DNA of 64,000 bases from Octopus vulgaris (taxonomy: Eukaryota), in the NCBI GenBank assembly GCA_951406725.2, contig OX597832.1, positions 34,410,001 to 34,474,000 on the forward strand. The letters are read 5' to 3'. Made by a program: the position numbers and the translations under genes. Positions 28,320-41,135 of the stretch are shown piece by piece. The notes beneath the pieces are model-generated. The model was not told the DNA's origin and searched no databases. It saw nothing but the letters and a program-made list of their open reading frames with translations. Position 1 is the first letter of the stretch. Every line of letters begins with the position of its first letter.

Positions 28320-28735
28320 CATATATATATATGTATATATATATGAGACCAAAGTGTACATACGCCGCTATATGTATAAAAAATACAAAATGGGACAAGT
28401 ACGCAAAACATCCGGGCAGTTAGGTGATACAAAAATGGGACAACAAAACATCCAGATAGACGATACAAAGAAAACAAGGACAGGTCATTCAACATTTTTC
28501 TTTCCTCAGTCAAGTACCAGATTATCGTCGCAATTTCGGCTGATTATACTTGAGATTGCTCCAATCTGGCCAGGCCCAAGGAAGAACTAAGCTAAGAGTA
28601 TTAGATTCCTTAGAAGAAAGCAGCGAATGTATACAAAAACAGGAAAAAACGGACAATGTTACACAAATACAATAAAAATAATAATAACAGGACATAACAA
28701 CATGTGTCTTCCGAGAAAGGACGAATTAAATTAAG
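28320..28735 (-). mobile_element. Probable PLE-type terminal/UTR fragment next to (TA)n
   Basis: Pyrimidine-rich UTR-like minus strand ending at (TA)n, similar in style to the other PLE ends; no coding evidence. Confidence 0.3.
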
Positions 28736-28769
28736 GTGGTGTGTGTGGAAATAAAGCTTTACGGCAGAT

Positions 28770-29063
28770 CGATCCAGGACTTATTCTTTGTAAGCCTAGT
28801 ACTTATTCTATCGATCTCTTTTGATGAACTGCTAAGTTACGGGGACGTAAACACACCAGCATCAGTTGTCAAGCGATGTTGGGGGACAAACACAGACACA
28901 CAAACATGTACACAGACACATATGTACATATATACGATAGGCTTCTTTCAGTTTCCGCCTACTAAATCCACTCACAAGGCTCAAGACCCGAGGCTAAAGT
29001 GGGACTGAACCCGGAACCATGTGGTTGGTAAGCAAGATACTTACCACACAGCCACTCCTGCGC

Positions 29064-29066
<3 letters not shown>
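28770..29066 (-). mobile_element. SINE family B, internally deleted
   Basis: Head GGCGCAGGAGTGGCTGTGTGGTAAG on the minus strand; body matches 52080-52400. Confidence 0.9.
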
Positions 29067-29127
<61 letters not shown>

Positions 29128-30028
29128 TGTATGTATATATATACTTTTATGCATAGATACATGTACATATGTATTTATGTATGTATGTATGTATGTGTAC
29201 ACACACACTCACACATATATTATAAATAAAATATGAAGTGAAATGTCAGACTGATATAGATATAAAGATAAATATATATAGAGATATATAAATGGATATA
29301 GATACACACACACACACACACACATATATATGCATACATACACACGTAGACAATTTTTAGAGTGAACGAAGGAAAATTTAGGTTAATTTTATGTTCTGCG
29401 TCAACGAAACCTAAGGATATTGTATGTGTATGTGCGTGTCTCTGTAAATGTGTATGTAAGACGTGTGCTTGTGTGCATCCGCGCCATTATGCCTGAGTAT
29501 GTATTTCTGTGAATGTGTCGATATAGATGTGCAAATGCGTACTTCTACCTATCTATCTATCTACACATATATATACATATATACACACATACATATATGC
29601 ATATGTGTATGTATATATATATATATATATTTATTTATTTATTCACACACACACACATGTGTACGTGTTATTACAGCTGCTGCTGTTGTTTCTGTTATTA
29701 CAATTACATTATCACGTAATATCTTCGCTTTAATTTCACTTTCCACTGATAGGACTATTCTCTCCCCTATGGTGTCCTGCAGTCTATAATACTATTCTTA
29801 TAGAATACCATAACCAGTTGTTTTTAATATGTGTCTCCCTGAGGAATAAAAAGGAAACTGCTGAACCACTAATGACGTCATAATAAGAATTACGATGTTA
29901 ATGGGACTTCGCGTTACAACATTTAGACTCAACAGTCTGGAGTTATTAACAGATTATGGGATTGCGAAATGATGGATAGCTATACACACACGGAGAGAGA
30001 TACAAATACTCACACATACACGCAAACA

Positions 30029-30088
<60 letters not shown>

Positions 30089-30133
30089 TATATATATATA
30101 CACATACATACATGTATTTTTCAATAAAAACAT

Positions 30134-30295
30134 AGGCGCAAGCGTAGCAGTGTGGTAAGAATTTTGATTCCCAGCCACGTGGTTCTCTGTTCAATCTCAC
30201 TGCACGGCGCCTTGTACAAGTGTTTTCTACAATAGCCTCGGACCCACCTAATGCCTTGTAAATGGATTTATTCGACGGAAAAGGAAAGGTCCGTC

Positions 30296-30327
<32 letters not shown>

Positions 30328-30546
30328 TGCTTCTGCGTTTCTTCCTAACCCCATTTTGCCGCTTGACAATCGATGTATGTGTATTTACATATCCGTACCA
30401 TATCGATTTGGCAAAAGAGAATGATAAAATCAGTACCAGGCTTTTAAACGTAAGTTTTGCGGACGATTCGTTCGGCTATAGTTCTTGAAGATTGTGCCCC
30501 AGCATGGCCGCAGTTTAATAACTGAAACAAATGAAAGATAAAAGAT
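30134..30546 (+). mobile_element. SINE family B, full length, diverged
   Basis: GGCGCAAGCGTAGCAGTGTGGTAAG...GTTCAATCTCACTGCACGGCGCCTTGTACAAGTG...(TG)n...CCCCAGCATGGCCGCAG...CTGAAACAAATGAAAGATAAAAGAT. Confidence 0.88.
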
Positions 30547-31269
30547 ATGTGGACACACTGACATACATTCATATACGTGTATCATTGGAGCCACAAGACC
30601 CGTGTCAACCTGCCTAGAGCAAAGTAGAGTTGAACTTGGGTTCTCGGGAAGAGAATGCAACTCCTGATTCCTTCGCTACAAATGATTAGGATATCTGGGA
30701 CAATAAAAATCTGCATGGTCTAAAGATTTAGAGGATGATGTACGAAATATACTTTCCTTCCCAATCTTGCTGCCTAGCAGGCGCCTGATGAAACTTGACT
30801 CTTAATTAAAAAGAGATAAAGAAATTATATACACATACGTGTATATACATACGTGCACACATATATTAATACATATATGCACATATACATAGAATAATAT
30901 TCTTACATACCTACATCGCAATTATGTATCGTACCCCTGCAGCGCATTGAGGATTCTACAATGGAACGCTTCCTGGTCAAGCACCAACTTTCCAGCCGGC
31001 TTTTGTCCAACCAGCTCTTGATAATGGCCTCTACTTTTACTTGCATGGTAATGTTTCATAGACCTCTGCTTCTTCGAATACGGCCACAATACGTTATGCC
31101 TACATACTACATACATTCATGAATACACACTTACACATACGTACGTGCGTACACATGCACGTACATATACATATGTGCGTACGCATGCACACAGGCACGA
31201 ACGCACCTGCATACATACATCCACTCATGTGGATGCCCGATGAAGTCACACGACTCTACCGCAACATAT

Positions 31270-32085
31270 CATGAGATGAAAGGATGAGCAAACATGAGCA
31301 GAAGACCATGAATGGATATGTAAATAGAAAAATCCGAGATGATAGACACATTGATCATCAAAGCAGTCTAACATCGACCCTCAACCGGATGACTACCTCC
31401 CACTTTGAAGGGTAGGCTTTTGCAATCTAGGAACAAGAAATATCAACCGAATGCCTGGTACACAAAATGGACAGCGACGCAGGAAAAGCAGTGAAATGCA
31501 ACAACCGATGCAGACTTTGTGGAATTAACACCGATGATATCATCCACATCATAAGCAATTGTCCGAATATGTCATCGCGGTATTATCTACCGATGGGACA
31601 TGATGATGCAGCTAGGACACTGTATAATGAGATCCGTCGAAAGGATAACCCCGAAGACAAAGAAATAAGAACCGACAGTATGGTAGAAGCCATAACCACT
31701 CATAATAAAAAGGAATACTAGTGGAATATCCCAGTGAAAACCCCAATAAAATGTAAACACAAAAGATCTGATATAATGATTTAGGATAGAGAAGAGAAAC
31801 TATGTACAGTTGTGGAAATCAGATGCCCAGCGGATGTTAACAGAAAGCTGAAGATCAGTGAAAAAGAGAACACCTATGCTGAACTATTGAGAAATATGCA
31901 GTTATTCTACCCAGATTACAAGTTCAGGTTTATACCTGTAATTATTGGGGCTCTGGGATATGTAACGTACTACCTAAATACCAATCTTGAGAAATTAGGC
32001 TTCTTGAAACCAGAAAGGAGAAAGCTGATTCGAAGACTACAGACACAATCCATCACTAGGACTGAAAAAAATCAGAAGTTTATCA
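31270..32085 (+). mobile_element. R4/Dong-type LINE 3' fragment (CCHC plus RLE)
   Basis: TSHFEG*AFAI*EQEIST...CRLCGINTDDIIHIISNCPNMSSRYYLPMGHDD...KHKRSDIMI*D...VVEIRCPAD...KENTYAEL...FIPVIIGALG. Confidence 0.9.
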
Positions 32086-32158
32086 TTTACGTATATATGA
32101 ACATGTCTAAATATGTAATTATATGCATAAGAATACATACATAAAACAGTACATACAA

Positions 32159-32162
<4 letters not shown>

Positions 32163-32191
<29 letters not shown>

Positions 32192-32230
32192 CATACATAC
32201 ATACATACATACATACATACATACATACAT
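32163..32230. repeat. (CATA)n microsatellite
   Basis: Direct reading. Confidence 0.95.
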
Positions 32231-32387
32231 GTATGTATTTATGTATGCAAATTTTTGGTATGCACATACATACAAAACTTCCCTGTTGCTGTTGCTGAAA
32301 TTCCAAAGAAGCAGCCTCGGATCTAGGTTAAAAACCGGTTCCTTTTGTATTGGCAAGAAATCTTGAAATACAACTAAATGATGACAT

Positions 32388-32442
<55 letters not shown>

Positions 32443-32554
32443 GCCACCGTATAAAACTTGACAGACGACGCTACGATTGTCTCAGCTCACAGAGCCTACC
32501 TTTTTAAAATGATCGACGTCCTTTTTCGAGAGAAGCCCTCCAGATTGGTTTCAG

Positions 32555-32936
32555 GTTTTGGCATAAGGCCAGCAATTTCGAGCGAGTGGGTAAGTGGATT
32601 ACATCGATCCCGGTTCTCAAATTGTACTTATCCTCGAAAGGATGAAAGGTAAAGTCGACCTCGGCGGGATTTGAACTCAGAACATAAAGGCGGACAAAAT
32701 ATCTATTTCTTTACTACCCACAAGGGGCTAAACACAGAGAGGACAAACAAGGACAGACAAACAGATTAAGTCGATTATATCGACCCCAGTGCGTAACTGG
32801 TACTTATTTAATCGACCCTGAAAGGATGAAAGGCAAAGTCGACCTCGGCGAAATTTGAACTCAGAACATAAAGGCGGACAAAATACCGCTAATCATTTTT
32901 CCCGGTGAGATAAGGATTCTGCTCGATCACCGCTTT
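32555..32936 (-). mobile_element. Composite SINE family A (old copy with a younger 3' part inserted)
   Basis: Old-type tail at 32555-32635, young-type tail at 32702-32820, 66 bp duplicated segment. Confidence 0.85.
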
Positions 32937-34204
32937 CAGAAATCCACTAGATTGGGAATTATTTTCGGTCGAGTTCTGTCCGATTTAAAGCACTCTTATC
33001 ATTTATGAAATTGTGAACAACTCTGGTATTTTCTTCTCTAAAATCCTGTTGCAATATTTGAGAAGATCTCTAATTTCTCCACTTTTTCCAGAAGCAGAAT
33101 TCTAAAGAAACGTGTTGCATTTTCAAATCTGTCATAATTTGACTTGCGACATTTTGCGAATGCGCTAAATATATGCTCATTCTATTACTTGTAAGCCAAT
33201 CGCTAAGTGATGCAGCATGATGTGGCTGTTATTACACTGAAATTCAATGTTGCACACTTATCGCACTGCAGTCACGAGCTCGTTTCTCCGTTTGGTTACA
33301 GTGATACTTTGTAAGATATTTTCTGTTTCGGTCAGACCTCATTTGAGTATGCATGTATGTGTGTCTGTATGATCTTGTGTACGCTTGGTTTGTAGTGGCT
33401 GAATAAAAGAGAACACGAACAGAGAATTTATGCTTATGTGTTTGTGTGTGTATATACATACAGACACACACACACACACACCTGTGTATGAAGTGAAATA
33501 GTAATGTTATTTATTGGTATTTGTATGGTTATAACCATAGTGGATATTTATATCAGTATGCTATAGCTGTTTGGGCTTACATAATTCTAAGTAATTACTC
33601 TGAGCTGGGTCTAAAATGCTCTGACTTCTCTTAAATCCTTGGATGTCTTGAAATAATAAGGTTTGTTTGTTACGCAGCAATTTCTGCGTAACTTTCGATG
33701 AAAACCGCCATGAAACTTTAGAGTAATGTATTGAAAACTGACCACTGAATTTTTTATACATTTTTGATCCTGCACTTTTTAGAAACCAAATTTATGTTAA
33801 AAGTGCTAACGGAAAAAGTTTCTCCAATTTTTGTATGTATGAATATGCCGATGGAATTAAACATTGTAATAATTTTCACTTATTCTAACATAATTTCGAG
33901 TGAATGATCGAAAGGCAGTTATTGTCAGGTACAGTAGTTACATGTAGGAGACAAGGTTATAATATTTGTTGTTGAAAAGGTTTTGTGAATTAAAATTGTA
34001 AAACTTACCATAATTGAAATTCTATTCAAAAATGTTCTTGTGGCTGATTCACCAAAAATCAATTACAGAATTTAATAAAGCTAAGTCGACGTGTCAGAAC
34101 ATTTAAACTGAAAGATGGTCGATTTTTACGCTTGACGGCATTGGAATGAGCGCGGAAACATAGTTTGTCTTTTACGCCATTATTGCGATGCGCTCTATCT
34201 TAAT

Positions 34205-34425
34205 AACTGCTTTAAATGTTGCCACAAGGCTAGCGGTTTTAAGGAGAGGGGACAAGTTGATTATATCGACCCCACTGCTGAGCTGGTATTTTATTCTATC
34301 GACTACTAAAAGGATGAATGACAAAATTGTTTCGGTACAATTTGATGTTAGAACGTAAATATCCAAAAGAATTGCCGCTATGCATCATTTCCGGCGCGCT
34401 GACTATTCTGCCACTCACCGTCTTA
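34205..34425 (-). mobile_element. SINE family A, old subfamily
   Basis: GATTATATCGACCCCACTGC...CTGGTATTTTATTCTATCGAC...AAAGGATGAA...CCGGCGCGCTGACTATTCTGCCA. Confidence 0.75.
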
Positions 34426-34577
34426 AAGGCTCTCTCATCATAATGAGGAGCACTAATGAAGTTGGCTTAACCTAAAGATAAACTTGTACCTTTACTAATA
34501 ATATCGACTAAATTTAGCCCGAACAACAGTTGGGAGGCGATGCACGCATACGTACATATGTGTGTGTGTGTGTGTGT

Positions 34578-34817
34578 GGAGGCGCAGTGGCCCAGTGGTT
34601 AGGGCAGCGGACTCGCGGTCGTAGGATCGCGGTTTCGATTCCCAAACCGGGTGTTGTGAGTGTTTATTGAGCGAAAACACCTAAAGCTTCACGAGGCTAT
34701 TTCTTCTCTTGGCCTGCTCGCTTAGTCAGCGGGGTGGCGTCATTTGAAGGCTAAACCAATGCGAAGCGCATTGTGACCAGCGATGTTTAACCTGGTCTGT
34801 CACGGTGATCACAGTGA
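34578..34817 (+). mobile_element. tRNA-derived SINE family D
   Basis: GGAGGCGCAGTGGCCCAGTGGTTAGGGCAGCGGACTCGCGGTCGTAGGATCGCGGTTTCGATTCCC (A and B boxes) followed by a non-tRNA body. Confidence 0.85.
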
Positions 34818-34835
34818 TATATATATATATATATA

Positions 34836-35062
34836 TATTTCTTTACTACCCACAAGGGGCTAAACACAGATGGGATAAACAAGGACAGACAAACGGATTA
34901 AGTCGATTACATCGACCCCAGTGCGCAACTGGTACTTAATTTATCGACCCCGAAAGGATGAAAGGCAAAGTCGACCTCGGCGGAATTTGAACTCAGAACG
35001 TAACGGCAGACGAAATACGGCTACGCATTTCGCCCGGCGTGCTAACGTTTCTGCCAGCTCGC

Positions 35063-35063
<1 letters not shown>
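34836..35063 (-). mobile_element. SINE family A, young full-length copy
   Basis: Near-identical reverse complement of 35911-36138. Confidence 0.95.
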
Positions 35064-35144
<81 letters not shown>

Positions 35145-35246
35145 GGAGTAAACACATAAATGTGAAACAAGGTGGAAAAAAGAGTACTCAAATACCAGTG
35201 GTAGAGTAATATGCTTTATTTTAAGCAGCAGAAAATTCAACAAAAT

Positions 35247-35284
35247 CTGTTACTCTGAGTTTCTCGTTGCCGTTCATCAGACAG
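35247..35284 (-). ncRNA. Minimal hammerhead motif (antisense arm)
   Basis: Reverse complement of CTGTCTGATGAACGGCAACGAGAAACTCAGAGTAACAG. Confidence 0.7.
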
Positions 35285-35318
35285 TTTTTGCTAGAATCAA
35301 CCAAAATTCTAGCAAAAA

Positions 35319-35356
35319 CTGTCTGATGAACGGCAACGAGAAACTCAGAGTAACAG
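35319..35356 (+). ncRNA. Minimal hammerhead motif (sense arm)
   Basis: Identical to 8690-8727. Confidence 0.72.
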
Positions 35357-35388
35357 ATTTTGTTGAATTTTCTGCTGCTTAAAATAAA

Positions 35389-35448
<60 letters not shown>

Positions 35449-35907
35449 AGGTAGAGCTTTTCATCAGTTTTTAGGTTAGGAGTGAGTGAATTTATCTGAA
35501 TCTAATTTAAAGTTAATATGCAGAAAATTAACCAGGCTGAGATTCATGTCGGCTGCATTAAATCAACGTCGCTAAATAATTTTATACGAGCTTTTATAAA
35601 TCCAATTAGTTCAGCAACGTTTGCACTCTTACCGTTTCTGTAGAGACATCCTTTTAAGGTGGGAAATATTTTATCCAAAACGAACAAAAAATATAGATTT
35701 CAATAACTATACGCAATTCCAGTGCATTGTAAAAACCCATAAAAACATAAACCACTTTCTTATTTCTTTCTTAATTCAGACTGGTTAATCGTAGAAGCAA
35801 AACGAGAGTTCCTTGCATGTATAATGATCATTTCTAATTAGTACAGAGCTGTCAAAGAAAGTTCCATTTTTCTGAACAAAAGGTTTCGTAATAAGGATAG
35901 AATTTAA

Positions 35908-36139
35908 GAAGGCGAGCTGGCAGAAACGTTAGCACGCCGGGCGAAATGCGAAGCCGTATTTCGTCTGCCGTTACGTTCTGAGTTCAAATTACGCCGAGGT
36001 CGACTTTGCCTTTCATCCTTTCGGGGTCGATTAAATAAGTACCAGTTACGCACTGGAATCGATGTAATCGACTTAATCCCTTTGTCTGTCCTCGTTTGTC
36101 CCCTCTATGTTTAGCCCCTTGTGGGCAGTAAAGAAATAT
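35908..36139 (+). mobile_element. SINE family A, young full-length copy with 17 bp target-site duplication
   Basis: GGCGAGCTGGCAGAAACGTTAGCACGCCGG...GAGTTCAAAT...GCCTTTCATCCTTTCGGGGTCGAT...TTTAGCCCCTTGTGGGCAGTAAAGAAATA; ATAAGGATAGAATTTAA at 35891-35907 and 36140-36156. Confidence 0.95.
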
Positions 36140-36240
36140 ATAAGGATAGAATTTAACAATGTTGAAACTGTGTCGTTTCGTATCATTGCTTGTCGCTTAT
36201 TCCGCAAAAACATTCTGATTGAAGAAATGTACAAATGAAA

Positions 36241-36592
36241 TGATGGTGGTGGTGGTGGTGGTGGTGGGAGTGGTGATTGTGGTGGTGGTGATTGTGGTGG
36301 TGATGGTGGTGGTGGTGGGAGTAGTGATTGTGGTGGTGGTGGTGATAGTGGTGGTGGTGGTGACGGTGGTGGTGATGGTGATGGTTGTTGTGGGAGTGGT
36401 GACGGTGGTTGTAGTGGTGATGGTGGTGGTGGTGGTGGTGGTTGTAGTGGTTTTGATGGTGGTGGTGGTGATGGTGGTGGTGGTAGTGGTTTTGATGGTT
36501 GTAGTGGTGATGGTGGTGGTGGTGGTGGTGGGAGTGGTGACGGTGGTGGTAGTCTTGGTGGTGGTTTTGATGGTGGTAGTGGTGATGGTGTT
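36241..36592. repeat. Imperfect (GGT)n trinucleotide array
   Basis: Direct reading; gives the spurious poly-Val ORF. Confidence 0.95.
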
Positions 36593-36859
36593 GGTTGATT
36601 ATTCAGTTGTTTACTCCAGTTGAAATTGTTGTTGTTGTTATGTTGTTTGCATTACTAATTACATTCTATATATTTAATGAGTGATGGGAGTGGGGAAGGG
36701 ATAAGAATTAACGAGGCTGAGTTTGATTTTTCCATTTCATTTTATTGAATTAGAAGAGGAGGAGGAGGGTGAGGAGGAGGAGGAGGACAGAGGAAGAGAG
36801 AGAGAAAAAAGATTTGATGTTCTGCTTCTCTCCTCCCCCCCTCTCAATATCCGTTTTTG

Positions 36860-37032
36860 TCTCTTTCTCTTTTCTCTTTTTCTATCAATTTTATTATCTC
36901 TCTCACTATCCATCTCCGTCTCTCTCTCTCTGTCTCTCTTTCTTTCTCTATACCTCTATCTTTCTCTCTCTCTCTCTCTTTCTCTTTATCTTTGTCCTTC
37001 TCATTCCCTCTCTCTCTCTCTCTCTCTTTCTC
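36860..37032. repeat. (CT)-rich pyrimidine tract
   Basis: Direct reading. Confidence 0.9.
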
Positions 37033-37454
37033 TGGATTCTTTTACTCATACCTCCTCCTACTACTACTCCCATCGACAAATGGCCTATTTCATTTTATTA
37101 CTTCTCAAAACATTACAAATCCTCGCACGCGCGCATTACAAGTCTTCCTCCGCAAACAGCTCAAAGAATGGCGTCAGCAGCAACTTCGTTCCATTCATTA
37201 ACATCCTCACCACCACCACCGACCCAATGAAGGGGTCTTTATTTCTCGATTTGCAAGAAAAACAGTCAAATTACCCTCAAATGGCACTGAACTGTCCTTC
37301 TTAATACATAGGACACATCCAATAACATGGAAGCTTGGATCCTTCCCTGTTCATAGAATAAACAGGATAAAGAGCCCCAGCATGGCCGAGGTTCAATGAC
37401 TAAAACAAGTAAAAGAAAGTAAAATATAACACAGTGAGCCCCAGTGAGAATGCC

Positions 37455-37640
37455 GCCATGTGACTGGTCAGCCTGCTAAGTATAACAGACAAGTCTCCCT
37501 CAACTACGCTTCAACATCTTTAAAAAAAATTGAGGTCCTATTGAATATAGTGTTAGAGATTCATAAAGGTATGATGCCATGGATGGAGTTATTTTCATGA
37601 TAGATTAACTCAACCAGATCTGGCCTAGGGTTAAATTATT
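37455..37640 (+). mobile_element. Degenerate interspersed repeat (related pieces at ~18930, 37230, 37700, 55795-55925, 59740-59815)
   Basis: Shared motif GCTAGAA.TAGCAGC.AAATCTCCCTCA.A.CAC...CATCTT.AAAA and 3' end CTGACCT.GGG.TAAA.AAC. Confidence 0.5.
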
Positions 37641-37834
37641 GTTATACTTAATAACACCCAAGTTAACAACGAATCATCTAAATGGTTACTCGGAGTTCCA
37701 AAGATTACAGTCACATTTCCCTGAAGTCACACATTGGATATAGTGGTCCAGGATGCATTGTCTGGATAACCGATGGGATGGTTACGATTGGAATGGATTT
37801 GGTGATAGATGAAAATGTAGGCTGACCAAGAGCG

Positions 37835-38785
37835 ACAGCAGCAACAGCAGTAGCAGCAATACCAACAGCGTGGAGATGAGCAATAAGAATGGTCCCAGTA
37901 GAACTAGTTTCTCCACATTATCTAAATCAACATAATCATATACACAAGCACAAAACCACCACCACCAGCAACAGCAACACTAACCATCAATACTAATTCC
38001 AGCACCACTACTACACCATCACAACACCAACATCAACTCGACAACACAACACAACACCACTGCAACACCAATACTAACACCAATGGCAACACACTCCTCT
38101 GCCACTATCACCGCCTGCAGCAAAATGCGCGCCAACATGAGATCGTTGACTCTATAATATGAATTTATGTTATTAGACAAACTTGATGCTAGTTTCATTA
38201 GCCATTCTCTTCTGTGCTGGCTTAAGGCATGCTGAAAGAGGGGAATTAATTTTGAAGCTTCCCTTCTCTAAGATTTGTTACTTTCATCATAGCTAAGGAT
38301 CTCAATCTACCCCTAAAACTTAATTTAACCCATAAATGAGACCTGGCAAGTATTATTGTTCTGGATCAGGGCCGAGCTAGAAGTAATGGTAATTAAGGGG
38401 CGACTCCACATTTCCCACAACTCCACACTTCCCGCAAACTGGAACCACCCCAACGGATCCCATTTAGTCTCAAATCCTGGACAATGCCCACGCAAAACCA
38501 GTACAACACTAACACCAATACCAGCACCAACACAACACCACTACAGCACCACCACTAAAACCAACATCAGCCAATACTAACATGAACACAATGGAAATAT
38601 TAACACTACCGCAACACCAACTCTAATCCAAACCACAATATAAACACCACTTGCATTAACACTATAAATACTAACACAAGCAGAAATATTAACTACAGCA
38701 CCAACAACACTGTCACTTGCACCACTAATACTAATACGAAAACTACCATTACTAAGAAACAACATTGCCTGACACCCACTAACAG
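37835..38785. repeat. Two blocks of ACC/AAC/CAG-rich low-complexity sequence
   Basis: Direct reading (37835-38115, 38490-38785). Confidence 0.7.
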
Positions 38786-39167
38786 AGCAAAAAATATTTT
38801 AAAAACAATAAAATTGAAACTGAAAGGGAAAAAGAATTGAAATAATTGGGGGAAGAAGCGAAACAAATATCTGCTAAATAAACCAAGTTTATTAGCCTGT
38901 AATTAATAATGACTGCATTTTTAGATAATATAATTATAATCTTTAATTTCCCACCTAATCCAATTAAACATTTCTTTTTCCCTTAAGCCAATTAAATTTC
39001 GGATTCAATAATTACGACGATGAATAATTGCAAACAAGTTTTCGTTATGGGAAGATTCAAAAAGTAATAAAAAAAATGATTAAATAGAACGGATAGCGCA
39101 TGAAATAAGTAGAAGACAAAAACGGAAGGAGAGAATAGGAAGGAAAAAAAAAGAAAAATCGATATAG

Positions 39168-39220
<53 letters not shown>

Positions 39221-39409
39221 ATATTGTTTTGTTTTGTCTTATATTTTCAATGCAGAAAAATATAATACCGGAAAAATATATTATATGGAAGAGACTTATC
39301 ACATGAAGCATATCATACAGAGACATACTAGAAAGGAAATAATGTCGTTTAGAAATTTAAAAAAAATGTTTCGGTGTAATATATAAGTACGGGAAGCAGC
39401 TTTAAGATG

Positions 39410-39451
<42 letters not shown>

Positions 39452-40328
39452 TGCAGATAGATACGGAGAGAGAGAGAGATACGGAGGTAGGGAGAAAGAA
39501 TTTATATATACATATATATACACACGCATATATATATATACTTTAAGACTTTCCGTAAGATATATGTGCGTGTGTGTGTTTGTCTGTCTGTGTGTGTATG
39601 TATATCTGCTTGCCTGCACGTACGCACGTGTATACAGAGAGAGGGGAGAGAGAAAGTGAGAAAGAGTAGATTTATCTTAGAATAGATATATCATAGGGAA
39701 AAAATGGATATTGGTAAGTTTAAATTATATGTGATAAAAAATTGAAATGCTAAACATAAAAAATATATTAGGCGTCGGAGAGTGAATATCAGAGAGCAAA
39801 GATATTTCATGCAGAAACTAAATATCGTCGAAGAGTAGAGAGATTCATGCGGAGAATTTAATAATTAAATAGCATTTAGAAAATGATAGATCATACGGAA
39901 GAGGGATATCACATGTGAAAAATAATGTCGTAAAGGAAAAAATATTATTGGGTAAAAATGATATTATAGGGTAAAAAAAATATAATATACAGTTTTGGAA
40001 ATGAAATATATAGAAAATATATATATTTATATATAGAATAATTTATTATAGAAATGAGAGAATATCCTGTCGAAAAAATACTCAATATCATATGGTAATA
40101 TGCGTCTGAGTGTGTATGTGTCTGTCTGTTTGTGTGTGCGTGCGCACATGCTTGTGTAAAGTTATGTGTTTGTCCCTTTGTGAGTGTGTGTGTGTGTATC
40201 ATAGAGAAATATAAATATCTTCTGTACAGAAAAAAGTGTCATATAGAAAATAAATATAAAACCAAAAGAGATATATTGGGGGGGGGGGAGAATATCACAG
40301 AATTGTGTGTGTGTGCGTGGGCACGAAA

Positions 40329-40364
<36 letters not shown>

Positions 40365-40786
40365 GACATGCAAAATTGGAATATTAAGCACAAAAGTACC
40401 ATCATGCAATAAAAAAAACTATGCCCAAAACAGATAAACAAAATTAGGAAGTAACGAATACACACACATACATACAAACATACATACATACATTCTTACA
40501 CACAAAGATATCACACAGGATAGACATATCATAACATTATCATCTGATAAAAGTTCATTGAGATGAGAATATCATAATTCAAAAAACAAAATACCATATC
40601 ATACAGCAAAAGATATCTTATATGAGAAAAATATCATGCAATGATTGTGTGCCATACAGAAAATATATCATAGAGCAAAGCAAATATACTATAGAGAAAA
40701 AAAGTTTTTATGGAACAAACATATATCATTATACATAAACATATACATATGTGTGTGGGGAGGTAGATAGATATTTAGATATATAC

Positions 40787-40837
<51 letters not shown>

Positions 40838-40840
40838 CAT

Positions 40841-40897
<57 letters not shown>

Positions 40898-40900
40898 CAT

Positions 40901-40933
<33 letters not shown>

Positions 40934-41051
40934 CACATATATATGTGTGTGTATACACAAAAATAGAATATCGAGCTAAAAATGAATTTCCTACAATATA
41001 AGTAAATTATATGGAAAAAATGTCATATAAAAACAAATAAACGATCATCAC

Positions 41052-41135
41052 TGTGAGTGTGTGTCTTTGTGTGAGTGTGTGTCTTTGTGTGAGTGTGTGT
41101 CTTTGTGTGAGTGTGTGTCTTTGTGTGAGTGTGTG
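41052..41135. repeat. 18 bp tandem repeat TGTGAGTGTGTGTCTTTG, ~4.5 copies
   Basis: Direct reading; TLTQRH x4 in the ORF track. Confidence 0.9.

Larger units (their letters stand above)
35141..35389. mobile_element. Miniature hairpin derivative of the 5824-8760 PLE (84 bp perfect arms, 8 nt loop, 73 bp extra tail)
   Basis: 35141-35297 matches 5824-5974; 35214-35297 is the reverse complement of 35306-35389; (TA)n on both sides. Confidence 0.93.

Noticed and set aside
36219-37304. Poly-Val ORF and the 193 aa poly-Glu/LS ORF
   Set aside because: Derived from (GGT)n, (GAG)n and (CT)n repeats; no recognisable domain or splice support.
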